A stretch of 64,000 bases of DNA from Octopus bimaculoides (taxonomy: Eukaryota). The notes beneath the pieces were generated by a model. That model made no database searches and was not told where the DNA came from. It worked only from the letters and a program-made list of their open reading frames with translations. Positions within the stretch are counted from its first letter, which is position 1. Each line of letters starts with the position of its first letter. The stretch lies in NCBI RefSeq assembly GCF_001194135.2, contig NC_068985.1:123942197-124006196 (forward strand), in the 5' to 3' direction. Positions 12,780-25,433 of this stretch are shown here, piece by piece. The position numbers were made by a program, and so were the translations under genes.

Positions 12780-12960
12780 GATCTTATTATATGCCAAACT
12801 TATCGAACGCTTTACATATTTTGACATTACGTTTCATAGCTTGTGGCTGCAATCTTTTAATTAGGCGTGTTCTTTCTGGCTTTGTGAAACCCAGCTCCTT
12901 AAGATTGTTACTAAAGCAGTGAGTTACGTAGCCAGGTGCCATAAAAATTATTGCTAGAAA
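12780..12960 (-). mobile_element. Old REL-endonuclease LINE C-terminal fragment
   Basis: FLAIIFMAPGYVTHCFSNNLKELGFTKPERTRLIKRLQPQAMKRNVKICKAF aligns by eye to the fragment at 16990-17330 (NLEKLGFSKPERRKLIRRIRIQSITGTVKTCKTF). Confidence 0.65.
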
Positions 12961-13889
12961 TCTGAAACATTAACTACAGATTTCTAGTCAGTTCAGCATA
13001 GGCGTTTTCGTTTTTACTGGTGTTGAACATTATGTTGAAATATTTGTATATTTAGAAATACTAATTCGAGATTTTAATAAGCTGACAGAAGTACAAACCG
13101 AACACTGCTACTAAAGAAGAAATGTTTCACTGTATTCTAGCTATAATATATTAGCCATGAATAACATGGTGTTGCGTGCAAATAAACAATCATACATTGA
13201 ACTAAAATGATTTGTTACAACATGCTTGCATAACATTCAATACTTCATATCATGTGAACATGTTTTCCATTCGAAGTTGTATAGATTGTATGACATTAGC
13301 TTTTCGTAGAGGTCATAATTCATCGACTGAAATTTCATTGGAAAGCATTTTTTTTTTTTGTCGATATATTTTATCGTGTCAAACGTTCGAGCGGACAAGA
13401 TGGTGCACGATCAGTTCATTTTGTGAGTGCTTTAATTCGGGATATTTAGTTTGTATCCCTAGAGGTGTTCAAATTTTTATGAGCAACAAAATTTAATGAA
13501 ATTACTGAGAGGAAAACTAATATCAGACTGGTTATTACAGGAAAACAATAGCTAATCCCATAAAAGAAATAAAAATGAAAAATATTCCCCACCTCCAAAA
13601 AATCCCCCATAAACCTATAATCAGTATCCAATAACCTGTCTATCAACAATATATATATAAACTCTTGACATCTATACTCTACAACAGGTGGCTTGCTCAT
13701 CTGGAAGATGATATCTTAGTAAAGAAAGAACGAGAAAGGAGAGAACAGAAAAGATATCGAAAATCTAAGTATTGCATGGATATATTTCGGAAAACACTAC
13801 GACAACGTTCGACACTCCTCTTCGCTGGATTTATTGCACATAAATAATGCTGCTCTGAATCAATGATAGTAAAGATGGTATCAATCTAA

Positions 13890-14015
13890 AAATATTGGTT
13901 TTAAATTTTGACACAAGGCCCGCCAGCTCGTGGTGGAAGCCAGTCGATTACATCGACCCCAGTGCTCAACTGGTATTTATTTTATCGACCACGGAAAAAT
14001 GAAATGTAAATTCGA
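13890..14015 (-). mobile_element. SINE family C, 3' half
   Basis: cagtcgattacatcgaccccagtgctcaactggtatttattttatcgacc...ggcggaatt is shared with other copies. Confidence 0.75.
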
Positions 14016-16989
14016 CTTCGGCGGAATTCCAAATAAAAATATTTATAACACTGCAAGATAAAGAGAGAATAAAAACTAACTCTACCCCAAAAGAGAGTAC
14101 CAAGTTTTATGGAAATTGCTTCTTGGTGCTACAATTCTACTTATCTTTAGTTCCATCGACAAACTTACTGAATCAAACCACTGTTTGATTGCAAGAATAT
14201 TGTATAAAAGTTATTAAAGTAGCTCGAGCCAGCACGACGCAATCTTCCCGGTTGCTTGCTCAGCATGAAATAGCTACCGAGTCTCATTTGAAGACAAAAT
14301 CCCTGCCATAAAACAGAAGGTCGCACTAGATAATGTCTTAAAATAAAATATGATCACGGCTTGAAGGCAATTAACCGTAGGTCTCCTCGCTGAAGGCCGG
14401 CATGTGACAGACCACAAGAATGAAAATTATTTTCATTTTAGTGAAGATTTAAAAGTATACGTAAGATAAAATATACCGCTGGAAAAGCCACGAGAGGTTT
14501 GTGCATAGATTTAACAATAAAATCAAAGTCGGTATTGGATAAAATGTACCAAATCCGTTCTAAAAGGGGATGAAATTATCAACGCTAAAGAAACATTAGA
14601 CTTTAAAATCAGAGAAATTTTAGGGGGCGCCCACCAAACACGTGGCTGGAAGTAAATAAAACTGAGAAGGTACGACCCAAAAACTATGGAGAAGATTAGA
14701 AAATGTTTTAGATCGATACAAATTTTTAACATTAACACTGACCGTCTGTACGAAGGATTATTTACCTAAATTCAGTGGAATACATCCACTGGCTTTCAAA
14801 AATAGAAATATTAATATTTCTAATGAAGCCTGCTGGGTTCGGCTGCTCTACATTGATAAGAGGCAATACCTCGAAACTAGTCTGTAGATGCCAGACCAGC
14901 AAGGAGAAGCGGGTGACCTGCCCTGTCCAAAGAGTATAATGGACACAGATTCGTGTGTCACATAGCTAGCAAGAGGCGATGGCCTCTTGGAGCTAATCAA
15001 CGGCAGCATTCGTCCTGTTTTTTGGACTGCTTTGTTGGCTTGGCGTAAACTATTAATATATATAAATACATATATTATATTGTATGTATATATTTTATTA
15101 ATTTGCCTGTACGGCTGATAATTCGCTTGCCACTCGTGATGGTATTTTAATAATACCATCCCTCTTATATATATATATATNNNNNNNNNNNNNNNNNNNN
15201 NNNNNNNNNNNNNNNNNNNNNNNNNNNNNNNNNNNNNNNNNNNNNNNNNNNNNNNNNNNNNNNNNNNNNNNNNNNNNNNNNNNNNNNNNNNNNNNNNNNN
15301 NNNNNNNNNNNNNNNNNNNNNNNNNNNNNNNNNNNNNNNNNNNNNNNNNNNNNNNNNNNNNNNNNNNNNNNNNNNNNNNNNNNNNNNNNNNNNNNNNNNN
15401 NNNNNNNNNNNNNNNNNNNNNNNNNNNNNNNNNNNNNNNNNNNNNNNNNNNNNNNNNNNNNNNNNNNNNNNNNNNNNNNNNNNNNNNNNNNNNNNNNNNN
15501 NNNNNNNNNNNNNNNNNNNNNNNNNNNNNNNNNNNNNNNNNNNNNNNNNNNNNNNNNNNNNNNNNNNNNNNNNNNNNNNNNNNNNNNNNNNNNNNNNNNN
15601 NNNNNNNNNNNNNNNNNNNNNNNNNNNNNNNNNNNNNNNNNNNNNNNNNNNNNNNNNNNNNNNNNNNNNNNNNNNNNNNNNNNNNNNNNNNNNNNNNNNN
15701 NNNNNNNNNNNNNNNNNNNNNNNNNNNNNNNNNNNNNNNNNNNNNNNNNNNNNNNNNNNNNNNNNNNNNNNNNNNNNNNNNNNNNNNNNNNNNNNNNNNN
15801 NNNNNNNNNNNNNNNNNNNNNNNNNNNNNNNNNNNNNNNNNNNNNNNNNNNNNNNNNNNNNNNNNNNNNNNNNNNNNNNNNNNNNNNNNNNNNNNNNNNN
15901 NNNNAAGGACGATTTTACTTTTTTACGGTAGAAATAAAGATTCCGTTTCCGTCGAATCTAGTTCTACGCATTGATGATCGGAGCGAAACCGTTCGAAAAA
16001 TACATGATGAATTTATTAAGGCAAAAACATTATTTAACTCGTACCAACATCTGACTTCAAATGTTGGTTTTTAAGCTGAGAGAAAACAGTCAAAAGGTCG
16101 CACACTCGGAGGAGCTCTTTATCAACTTAACATATATTATAAATATCATAAATCTATTCAGGTTTGGTATGCTTAGAATAATACAACTTGTATTTGCCGA
16201 CTCTCAGTAAACATGTTAATATCAATCATCCAGTTGAGTAGGAAATGTATTAGAAAACTCATACGCACCCAGGCACACACAAATAACAAGCATACACATA
16301 TACACATGCTAACAGACACACGTACACATGCTAACAGACACACGTACACATGTATGTAGGCAAACGTATATTGATTTGTGTGTTGGGGAGGGTGATATAA
16401 TCCATACATACGACAGTTTAACAATTATTTAATCGATCATTGCTCAAACAATCTATTTGAATAAACACGCATATAAACATGCCTCATAGAACACAAACTC
16501 TTAGCCTACACGTATGTCATCTGACATACACAGACACACACACACACACGTCTGACATACACAGACACGCGCGCGCACGTACATATATATGAACAAATAT
16601 TTCGCAATTTTAATGAGAGTTATTTGATTATGTAAACAAATTAGCGACAACGCTCAATAAGAATGATAAATATCAAGCTTAGAGCTATTAATTAGCTAAA
16701 ATAGAAAGACATTCAAAACCATCATCTAGTTATATCGAAATGGAATTTCTACTGTCCATTCAACTGTCTCGAGACAACGATGTTGTCTCAGTGAGTCAAC
16801 AGAACATGCGTTACGTACACACACACACACACACACGCGCACACACACACACACACATAAACACGCACACTCATATGTATGTATGTGTGTATGTTTGTAT
16901 GTATGTATGTATACGTGCAGGTTTGCATGTTTTGTTTTAATGTATGTATTCAAATGCATATACTTGCATATCTAGACATGCTCATATAT

Positions 16990-17330
16990 ACAAAAATGAT
17001 AAACTTCTAGAAAGTTTTACAGGTTTTTACAGTTCCAGTGATGGATTGGATCCGTATTCTTCGAATCAGCTTTCTCCTTTCTGGTTTTGAGAAGCCTAAT
17101 TTTTCAAGATTGGAATTTACATATCCAGTGCCCCAGTAATTACAGGTATAAAGATGAACTTGTAATCTGGATAGAGTAACTGCAGATTTCTCAATAGGTC
17201 AGTATAGGTATTCTTTTTTTCACCGATCTTCAGTTTTATGCTAAAATCTGCCGAGCAGCTGATTTCCACAACTCATTATATCAGGTCTGTAGTGCTTACA
17301 TTTTGTTGAGGTTTTCACAGGAACATTCCA
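16990..17330 (-). mobile_element. REL-endonuclease (R2/R4-group) LINE, 3' fragment
   Basis: Minus strand: KCKHYRPDI..VVEISCSAD..EKKNTYTDLLRNLQLLYPDYKFIFIPVITGALD/..NLEKLGFSKPERRKLIRR, i.e. the PD..(D/E) nuclease motif and downstream conserved K/Y/GALG. Confidence 0.8.
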
Positions 17331-17741
17331 CTTGTACTCCTTTTTTTTTTTATTATAAGTGGCTATGGCTCTCACCACTATGCATGTTTGTATGTACGTA
17401 TGTATGTATGCATAGTGGTATTCCGGACGTTTTGAGCCTGAATATGACAGATTAAATAAAATTACTCTCTACTTGCCTTTATACTATTAAATATATTGGG
17501 CACGTGATGGAACACACGTGATGGAACGCATGTGATGGCCAATGGAAGAGAATATGTGTACATATATATTGTGTGTATGTATACATATACATATATATAT
17601 ATGTTTGTGCGTATGTGTGTGTATACATATATGTACATACATATCTATATATATATATCGATATATATATATATATACAATGGAGAGTATAGGATGTGTA
17701 GGACAACTTAAACAGCCACAGGTCTCACAGCTATTTCGGGA

Positions 17742-18264
17742 TATATTAATATATGCATATATCCATACATATATGTACATACCTACATCTATATGTATAC
17801 ATAGATGCATATATGGGTACAGGACATAAAAAAAAACGTTAAACACAATGAGAAACGAAAACATAGAAAACGAACTTTTTTCGAACAACGAAAAAACACA
17901 ACCAGAGAAACGAGACATGCAACATAAAGAGTAAACCCCTTCATAAGTTGTTCCTGTTTCATCTACTCCGCGTTTCGAAGGCAAGGACAATACGCGACTT
18001 CGTTGAAACAGTCCTTCCCGACGCGGAGCAGATGAAACAGGGATAGCTGACGAAGGGGTATACTCTTTATGTTGCATCTCTCGTTTCTCTGTTTGTTTTT
18101 TTCGTTGTTCGAAAACAGTTCGTTTTCTGTTTTCGTTTCTATGTTTTCGTTTCTCATTGTGTTTAACGTTTTTTTTTTATGTCCTGTACCCATATATGCA
18201 TGTATGTATACTTATACATGTAGGTATGTACATATATGTATAGATATATGCATATATTTATATA
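17742..18264. mobile_element. Fold-back element / MITE with ~230-245 bp inverted arms and 47-nt spacer
   Basis: Left arm 17742-17973 is the reverse complement of 18021-18264, with scattered substitutions and one ~12-bp indel; embedded in TA-rich sequence. Confidence 0.85.
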
Positions 18265-18330
18265 TAATTTATATTATTATACGATCGAACGTCACGCATC
18301 CTTTTCCAAGTAAGTTTTATATATATATAC

Positions 18331-18367
<37 letters not shown>

Positions 18368-18920
18368 NNNNNNNNNNNNNNNNNNNNNNNNNNNNNNNNN
18401 NNNNNNNNNNNNNNNNNNNNNNNNNNNNNNNNNNNNNNNNNNNNNNNNNNNNNNNNNNNNNNNNNNNNNNNNNNNNNNNNNNNNNNNNNNNNNNNNNNNN
18501 NNNNNNNNNNNNNNNNNNNNNNNNNNNNNNNNNNNNNNNNNNNNNNNNNNNNNNNNNNNNNNNNNNNNNNNNNNNNNNNNNNNNNNNNNNNNNNNNNNNN
18601 NNNNNNNNNNNNNNNNNNNNNNNNNNNNNNNNNNNNNNNNNNNNNNNNNNNNNNNNNNNNNNNNNNNNNNNNNNNNNNNNNNNNNNNNNNNNNNNNNNNN
18701 NNNNNNNNNNNNNNNNNNNNNNNNNNNNNNNNNNNNNNNNNNNNNNNNNNNNNNNNNNNNNNNNNNNNNNNNNNNNNNNNNNNNNNNNNNNNNNNNNNNN
18801 NNNNNNNNNNNNNNNNNNNNNNNNNNNNNNNNNNNNNNNNNNNNNNNNNNNNNNNNNNNNNNNNNNNNNNNNNNNNNNNNNNNNNNNNNNNNNNNNNNNN
18901 NNNNATATATATATATATAT

Positions 18921-19428
18921 AGGGTCATTCCATAAATAATGCAGTATTTTCAATTGCATGAACTAAAAGTCGAGGGAAGACGGGATGAACTACTTGCATC
19001 AATTTGCTATAAAAGAGGTAGTAATTTTACCTTGCACTTATTCTTTGTGCAAGTTTTGAAGAGTGCAGCTCGATTTTGACAGTTATTTTTTCTAAGCTAT
19101 AATGGAGCATATAAAAGACAAAGGAGCATATTCGGCATATTTTGCTTTATGAGTCCAATAAAGGCAACAGTGCAACGGAAAGTGCAAGAAATTTTAATGC
19201 AGTACATGGAAGTAGGACAATAAGCGTGAGCCAGTGTGTACGGTGGCTCCAGAAATTCCGAGCTGGAAGCTATAGCCTAGAAAAGGAGCTTTATCCTGGA
19301 AGATCTGTAGAGCTCGACGAGGACGTCCTGCAAACCCTAGTGGAAGAAAATCCTATCGTAACTGTTGGGGAACTAGCAGAGAAGCTTGGATTTGGTCATT
19401 CAACCATTCATCGATACATACGTACCAT
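18921..19428 (+). mobile_element. mariner transposon, 5' truncated relic (HTH domain)
   Basis: EHIRHILLYESNKGNSATESARNFNAVHG..SVSQCVRWLQKFRAGSYSLE..GRSVELDEDVLQTLVEENP..TVGELAEKLGFGHSTIHR is a Mos1-type N-terminus; starts TA-GGGTCATTCCAT. Confidence 0.88.
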
Positions 19429-19435
19429 ATATATA

Positions 19436-19596
19436 GGCGCAGGCGTACTTCTCTATCATATGGTTCCGGATTCAGTCCCATTGCATGGTACCTTGGACAA
19501 GTGTCTTCTACTATAGCCTCAGGCCGACCAAGGCCTTATCAGTGGATTTGGCTGACAGACACTGATAGAAGATTGTCGTATATATGTGTGCGTGTA

Positions 19597-19636
<40 letters not shown>

Positions 19637-19832
19637 TGTGTGCATCCCCATCACCGCTTGACAACCGGTGTTGGTGTGTTTACGTCCACGTAACCTAGTG
19701 CAAAAGAAACCGATAGGATAAGTACTAGGTTTAAAAAATAAGTCTTGGGGTAGATTCGCTTGACTAAAAACCTTCAAGGCGGTGCTCCAGCATGGCCGCA
19801 GTCAAATGACTGAAACAAGTAAAAGGATAAAA
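19436..19832 (+). mobile_element. SINE family B copy
   Basis: ggttccggattcagtccc..ccttggacaagtgtcttctactatagcc..ggcggtgctccagcatggccgcagtc; internal (TG)n. Confidence 0.82.
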
Positions 19833-20461
19833 GAATATACACACACACATACATAATACACCAACACAACACCTCTCTTGTCAAGTCTATGTCAGTTGTT
19901 TGACCTTAACCCCCCCCACTCACATAAATATGTGTGTGTGTGTGTTTATGCTCACACATCATCCATCCTTTTATACACAAACACACACACACACACACAT
20001 ACATACACACATACATACATACATACATACACACACATACATACATGCATACATACATACATACATACAAACACACATACATACATACATACGCTGCTCT
20101 TGTTTTCTATATTTTGCTCGAATATGTTTTACCATCTTTTATAGCAAAGCTTGAGTCTTCTGTAAAAAAAAAAAAACATCTATTGGACTCAGCTTTCTGT
20201 ATTGAGTTTCTCACCTAGTTTGCGGTTTTCTCATATCAATTTCGGCTTTGCTTAGTAGTGACGGCTTAGCATTTTAAATTTGCTTCTCTTTTGAATACAT
20301 TCAGTAAGTCGATCATTTTCATTACTGCTTGTCCCTAACTTTTGGTACCTCATCCAGTGTTTTGTTTCTTTCATATTTTCGTAGTTTTTTATTAGTTTAT
20401 TATTTACTAGATGCATTTTGTAATCCTATGCTAAACAGTTTATCATATATAGTTCACCGTT

Positions 20462-20640
20462 AAGGCAGCGAGCTGCGCAAAGTGCTTAGTAGCATTCCGT
20501 TCGTAGCTACGTTCCGATTTCAAATTCCCTAGATGTCAACTTTACCTTTCATTCTTTCGAGGTTGTTAAAATAAGTACCACCTAAGCACTAGGGGTCGAA
20601 TTAATCGACTTACACCGTTCCAGAAAGCTGCTGGCCTCGT
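20462..20640 (+). mobile_element. SINE family C copy
   Basis: aaggcagcgagctg..ttagtagcatt..ttcaaattcc..ttcattctttcgagg..taagtacca..ggggtcga..atcgact. Confidence 0.7.
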
Positions 20641-21220
20641 ATGTCAAATTGTTATGTACACATTGTCATCATACGAAGCAAAAGTTTCTCTCCTGTGACG
20701 TACGCAACAGCGATTTGCATATTTGAATTCGAAACTGTCGGAACAATAAATATGCAAGTTATCTATTGTTTTATAGTAATTTTCTTGTAACAGAAGGTCT
20801 GTAATTGTCCACAGTAAATATAATCTTTGCGTGTCGCCTCTAAGTACTACCATTACTGTCTTTGTTTTCCAATTATGCTGATTCACTTAGCTTCCGGGGA
20901 AATTTTTGCAACTGTAACTGATTACTAGAACGGCTTGGATATTGATACATATTAGTTTATCGTAGCATATCTTTGATGATATTCCTTCTTAACACATTTT
21001 CCCTCTGATACGTGTACTGGGTCTATTATATTATTTCCTTAGAGGTTGTCAAACCGATCTCGGTCTTTTTCTTTTATCCCTCTTTCCTTGTCACACATAA
21101 TAATATTACCGATTTATTTCATTTATTTCTCTTCAAGGGAACATTGTCACAGTTCTTCAAACCGAATTTTAAGCCAATTTCCAGTTAAATCCAAGCATTC
21201 TATGTCCGTACGTATGCATA

Positions 21221-21362
21221 TCTTCTTCTTCTTCTTCTTCTTCTTCTTCTTCTTCTTCTTCTTCTTCTTCTTCTTCTTCTTCTTCTTCTTCTTCTTCTTC
21301 TTCTTCTTCTTCTTCTTCTTCTTCTTCTTCTTCTTCTTCTTCTTCTTCTTCTTCTTCTTCTT

Positions 21363-21422
<60 letters not shown>

Positions 21423-21424
21423 GC

Positions 21425-21472
<48 letters not shown>

Positions 21473-21493
21473 TATTATTATTATTATTATTAT
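21221..21493. repeat. Compound triplet microsatellite (TTC)n-(TTA)n-(TCA)n-(TTA)n
   Basis: About 170 bp of pure TTC followed by TTA, TCA and TTA blocks. Confidence 0.97.
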
Positions 21494-21504
21494 TTCTTTT
21501 TATC

Positions 21505-22255
21505 TGAGGTTTTGTTGGAGCTTCTGCATTCTTGCACGCGTAGGGGCTTGCTGCCTGCGCCCTACGATATCATGCTATCTGTTCTTTTCAACTGTCTAAT
21601 ACTTTCCTGATTATTCTGGTCGTGCCAAGGAGGCAAAACTTTTGTAACTGTTCTTCTGGTCATTGTATTCTGATTTCATTTATATTCCACTTGATGCCTA
21701 CTGATTCTGTCCCCAGGGACCCAACACTAATTCACAGTATCTTCACATTCTTCTTTTCTATAGCCGGGCTATTTCGTACTATTTTTGTCTATTTTTTCGC
21801 CTTCCTTCTTGACTATTCGTGAGTGAAAGGGGCATGCAACATTAACTATACAGCACATGTGGTGCATCTTGTCAACTACCACTAGATCCGGTCTGCTATG
21901 CTCCAGGACTTTGAAAGTCTCCGACTCCGCACTCTTTGCGGTGTGTCCTCATACCACATGTTGCTTTTCTCTAGCCCCCCCCCCCTTTTCGCACAGTTCC
22001 CAATGTAGCATCTTCGCCACTTTATCATATCGCTAGAACTTGTAGTTTGTTTTGGGCAAGTCTAGGACAGTGGTTTCGTCAACTCTATTACAGATGCGGC
22101 ACAGTGGAGATACTTGCTCATTCCCGAGGTTGACCCTCCAATTAGTGGCCAAAACTTGGTCTTGCTCTGCCAGTGTAGTGCTCTGTCTCTTTTTTCAGTG
22201 TTCCTTTCTTCAGCCAATTTCACCTATGTTTTCCAGCAACTTCTGTTCTGGCTAC
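21505..22255 (-). mobile_element. R4/Dong-like REL LINE, decayed 3' portion (copy E1)
   Basis: WLKKGTLKKETE..PLCRICNRVDET (zinc knuckle)..RYDKVAKMLHWELCE..WYE; bracketed by (TTA)n at both ends. Confidence 0.75.
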
Positions 22256-22264
22256 ATGGAATTG

Positions 22265-22300
<36 letters not shown>

Positions 22301-22304
22301 GAGA

Positions 22305-22515
22305 CGGTGAGATAAAAGAATTGTCAGTATGCTGGGCAAAGTTCTAACCGACATTTCGTCCGTCTTTACATTGTAAGTTCAAATTTTGTCGAGTTTGACC
22401 TTGCATTTTATCCTTTCGCCGTCGATAGAGTAAGTACCAGTTGCGTATTAGAGTTGGTGTAATCGCTTAACTCCCTTCACCCAAATTTCAGGCCTTGTGT
22501 CAAAATTTGAAACCA
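22305..22515 (+). mobile_element. SINE family C copy
   Basis: Homologous to other family C copies; ends aaatttcaggccttgtg. Confidence 0.72.
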
Positions 22516-22589
<74 letters not shown>

Positions 22590-23526
22590 TTATTTGACTT
22601 TTGTTTTGCATAACAAGTTAGAAGTTCATGTAGGTGTTATGCCTAGGGTGCCATATATTTGGATTTGTATAGTTTTGTTCTAGTGAATGTTTAAGAAACC
22701 ATAAGAAAATTATGCGTTTGCTTTAAAATTTGAGNNNNNNNNNNNNNNNNNNNNNNNNNNNNNNNNNNNNNNNNNNNNNNNNNNNNNNNNNNNNNNNNNN
22801 NNNNNNNNNNNNNNNNNNNNNNNNNNNNNNNNNNNNNNNNNNNNNNNNNNNNNNNNNNNNNNNNNNNNNNNNNNNNNNNNNNNNNNNNNNNNNNNNNNNN
22901 NNNNNNNNNNNNNNNNNNNNNNNNNNNNNNNNNNNNNNNNNNNNNNNNNNNNNNNNNNNNNNNNNNNNNNNNNNNNNNNNNNNNNNNNNNNNNNNNNNNN
23001 NNNNNNNNNNNNNNNNNNNNNNNNNNNNNNNNNNNNNNNNNNNNNNNNNNNNNNNNNNNNNNNNNNNNNNNNNNNNNNNNNNNNNNNNNNNNNNNNNNNN
23101 NNNNNNNNNNNNNNNNNNNNNNNNNNNNNNNNNNNNNNNNNNNNNNNNNNNNNNNNNNNNNNNNNNNNNNNNNNNNNNNNNNNNNTATGTTATATATATT
23201 TGTAAGTCCTGGTGTTTTTGTTATGTATTTGTCTGAATATTTTTTTATTATACCTAAGGCACCTACTATAATAGGAATTGTTTCTGTTTTTAGATTCCAC
23301 ATTCGAGTTACCTCTATTTCCAGGTCTTTGTATTTTGAAAGTCTTTCCATTTCTTTTAGAGAGACGTTGTCATCTGCTGGTATTGATACATCAATTAGAA
23401 AGCATTTTTTTTCTTCATGATCTTTGACAACTATATCTGGTCTATTTCCCTTAATTTCTCTATCTGTGTGTATTGGCATATCCCAGAGTATGGTTGCTTT
23501 CTCGTTTTCTGTGACCTTTTCTGGTG
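22590..23526 (-). mobile_element. R4/Dong-like REL LINE, 5' truncated (copy E2), interrupted by a gap
   Basis: TPEKVTENEKATILWDMPIHTDREIKGNRPDIVVKDHEEKKCFLIDVSIPADDNVSLKEMERLSKYKDLEIEVTRMWNLKTETIPIIVGALG; (TTA)n on both sides. Confidence 0.9.
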
Positions 23527-23552
23527 TTTATTATTATTATTATTATTATTAT

Positions 23553-23968
23553 TGAGTGAGGGAGCAGAGCATGTCATCAAAGGATAAAATATACGAAGTG
23601 CAGTATACCCATCATGACTACCTGTCTGATAAAGGTACACCAGACACATACATCACAACCATATGTGCATATGGTGATCTCATAATCAAGCTAAACAGCA
23701 TATGGCCCTTGTAGGTGCGGTCTAGTTAGAATTTTCTTCAGGTCGAGTAGCTCATCCCAGCCAAATGGTCCTTGAATAAGTGTTGTTTAAGGATGTTGAA
23801 TGAAACACCCACGTGTCCAGAAGTGGATTATTCAAGCTCCAAAGAATTTCTCTCAATACATGGCTATGATGCCCCCCCCCTACTTATGTTCGTAGTCAGT
23901 GATGCACACATCGTCAGCCACCAAGGAGCATGCTCAACTGGTTAAGGTCAAACAACTGACAAGCAAAT
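23553..23968 (-). mobile_element. Non-autonomous repeat (family D) ending in a (TAA)n tail
   Basis: Non-coding segment between two LINE pieces; its head gtcagttgtttgaccttaacc recurs at 19891-19911; the minus strand ends ctcactc-aataataat. Confidence 0.45.
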
Positions 23969-25372
23969 CTGTCGTATTGAGCAGAATATTTGCTGGGATT
24001 TTTCTGAGATATGGTCTTCCTGACATCTCTTTTTTTTTTATCATACCTAGGGCTCCTAGAATAACAGAAACAGGTCTTGTTTTAAGATATCACACCTTTT
24101 GTATTTCAATTTCCATTTCTTTGTACTGGTCAAATTCCTTTACAGATATATTTTTATGAGTGGGAGCACTTGCATCTATTAGGCTGCAAGTATTTTCTTC
24201 TCTGCCTTTCATAATTGTATCTGGTCGATGAACCTGGATCGGTGATGACAGGAAAATCCCAGAGAATGGTGATATTTTTACCTTTAACGACTGACTCAGG
24301 ATGATGTTCATACCAATAAGCAGGAGTGCCGATTTTGTAGTGTTTACATATTTTCAAATGTAAATACTGTCCTATCCAATCGTGGCGACTTTTGCATTCC
24401 AATGGACATCACGAAATAAGATGGTCTTTTGTTTCGTCAAATGAGTCGCAGAATTTTAATTTAGGGTCAGAGTCGTTTTGAAGAACGTTAACCTGATAGT
24501 TTTTTGGTTAGCAAGCTTTGATCTTGTGCCGCCGATATGAAACCTTAAGCCTCTGCTTTCAGTCCTGAACTTCTCCGGTACTGATAGTTGTTGCTTGGTC
24601 TTCTGCATCAGTATTTCGACTTTGTCGGATATACTGTCCATACAGGGGCTTCTGGTTCCACCGCTCTTCAATTTGTTTCTGCCCGTTCTTTTGGTAGTCC
24701 ACTTGATCCGTTTTGCTTGTTTGGTGGCACTGGTCTCAGGTTTTTCATCTAATTCAGGGTTAATGCCAAGTTCCCTTGCGAATAGAATGTGACTTTTGCT
24801 GCTTTCATGCTTGCGCACAAGGCGCAGCAGCCGGTCCTCTGTACTAGATAAGTACCTGCTCATTACTATTGCGTAAGTCTACTAGCACAGTTCTAACTGC
24901 ATCATTCCCCTTCCTCAATTACTTCTAGGTAGGTACAGACGAGGAACGTCTGCTTTTCGGTGATGCATGTTCTTTAATGTTAATAATTTTCTTGTCTTCC
25001 TGTCCAGGCGTTGGAGCTCCATAGGATTCCAGTTAATGATGTTAAAACTGTATTAGACTACTGGGAGTACCAGAGTGTCAATAAGCTTCGATGTGATTTT
25101 TCCACTTAAGTTCAGTTTTCAGTATGTCTTGTCTATTCCCAGGTATTCACAACTTTCTTATGGGTCAAGTTCCTTGATGGTAGCGTCGGTATCTAATTTA
25201 ATGAAAGCTGTTTGTTTGTCCGAGCTTGCTCCTTACAAAATTTGCTTTAGCACACTTATCGATACCAAAATACATTCCGATGTCATTGCTAAACTCTTTA
25301 ACAGTTGTTAGCAACCCAACTAGTTCTTGGTCATTTCTAGCAAACAGCTTCAGATCGTCCATATAAAACAAA
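23968..25372 (-). mobile_element. R4/Dong-like REL LINE, RT plus zinc knuckle plus endonuclease, decayed (copy E3)
   Basis: HLFYMDDLKLFA (RT catalytic motif), FGIDKCA, YLGI, MHHPKADVPRLYLPR, FCDSFDETKDHLIS, RHDWIG, WYEHHPESV, ILWDFPV, RPD, LGALG. Confidence 0.92.
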
Positions 25373-25374
25373 TG

Positions 25375-25375
<1 letters not shown>

Positions 25376-25433
<58 letters not shown>

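Noticed and set aside
12780-12960. SAM-domain-like peptide NLKELGFTKPERTRLIKRL
   Set aside because: It aligns to the C-terminus of the REL LINE fragment at 16990-17330, so it is transposon-derived
18040-18075. CTGACGA followed by a weak GGGG/CTCT stem in the fold-back arm
   Set aside because: No GAAA after the stem, so the hammerhead core is incomplete
20644-20886. 80-codon minus-strand ORF in unique sequence
   Set aside because: No recognisable motif, no clear splice-site pair, and the length is within chance expectation
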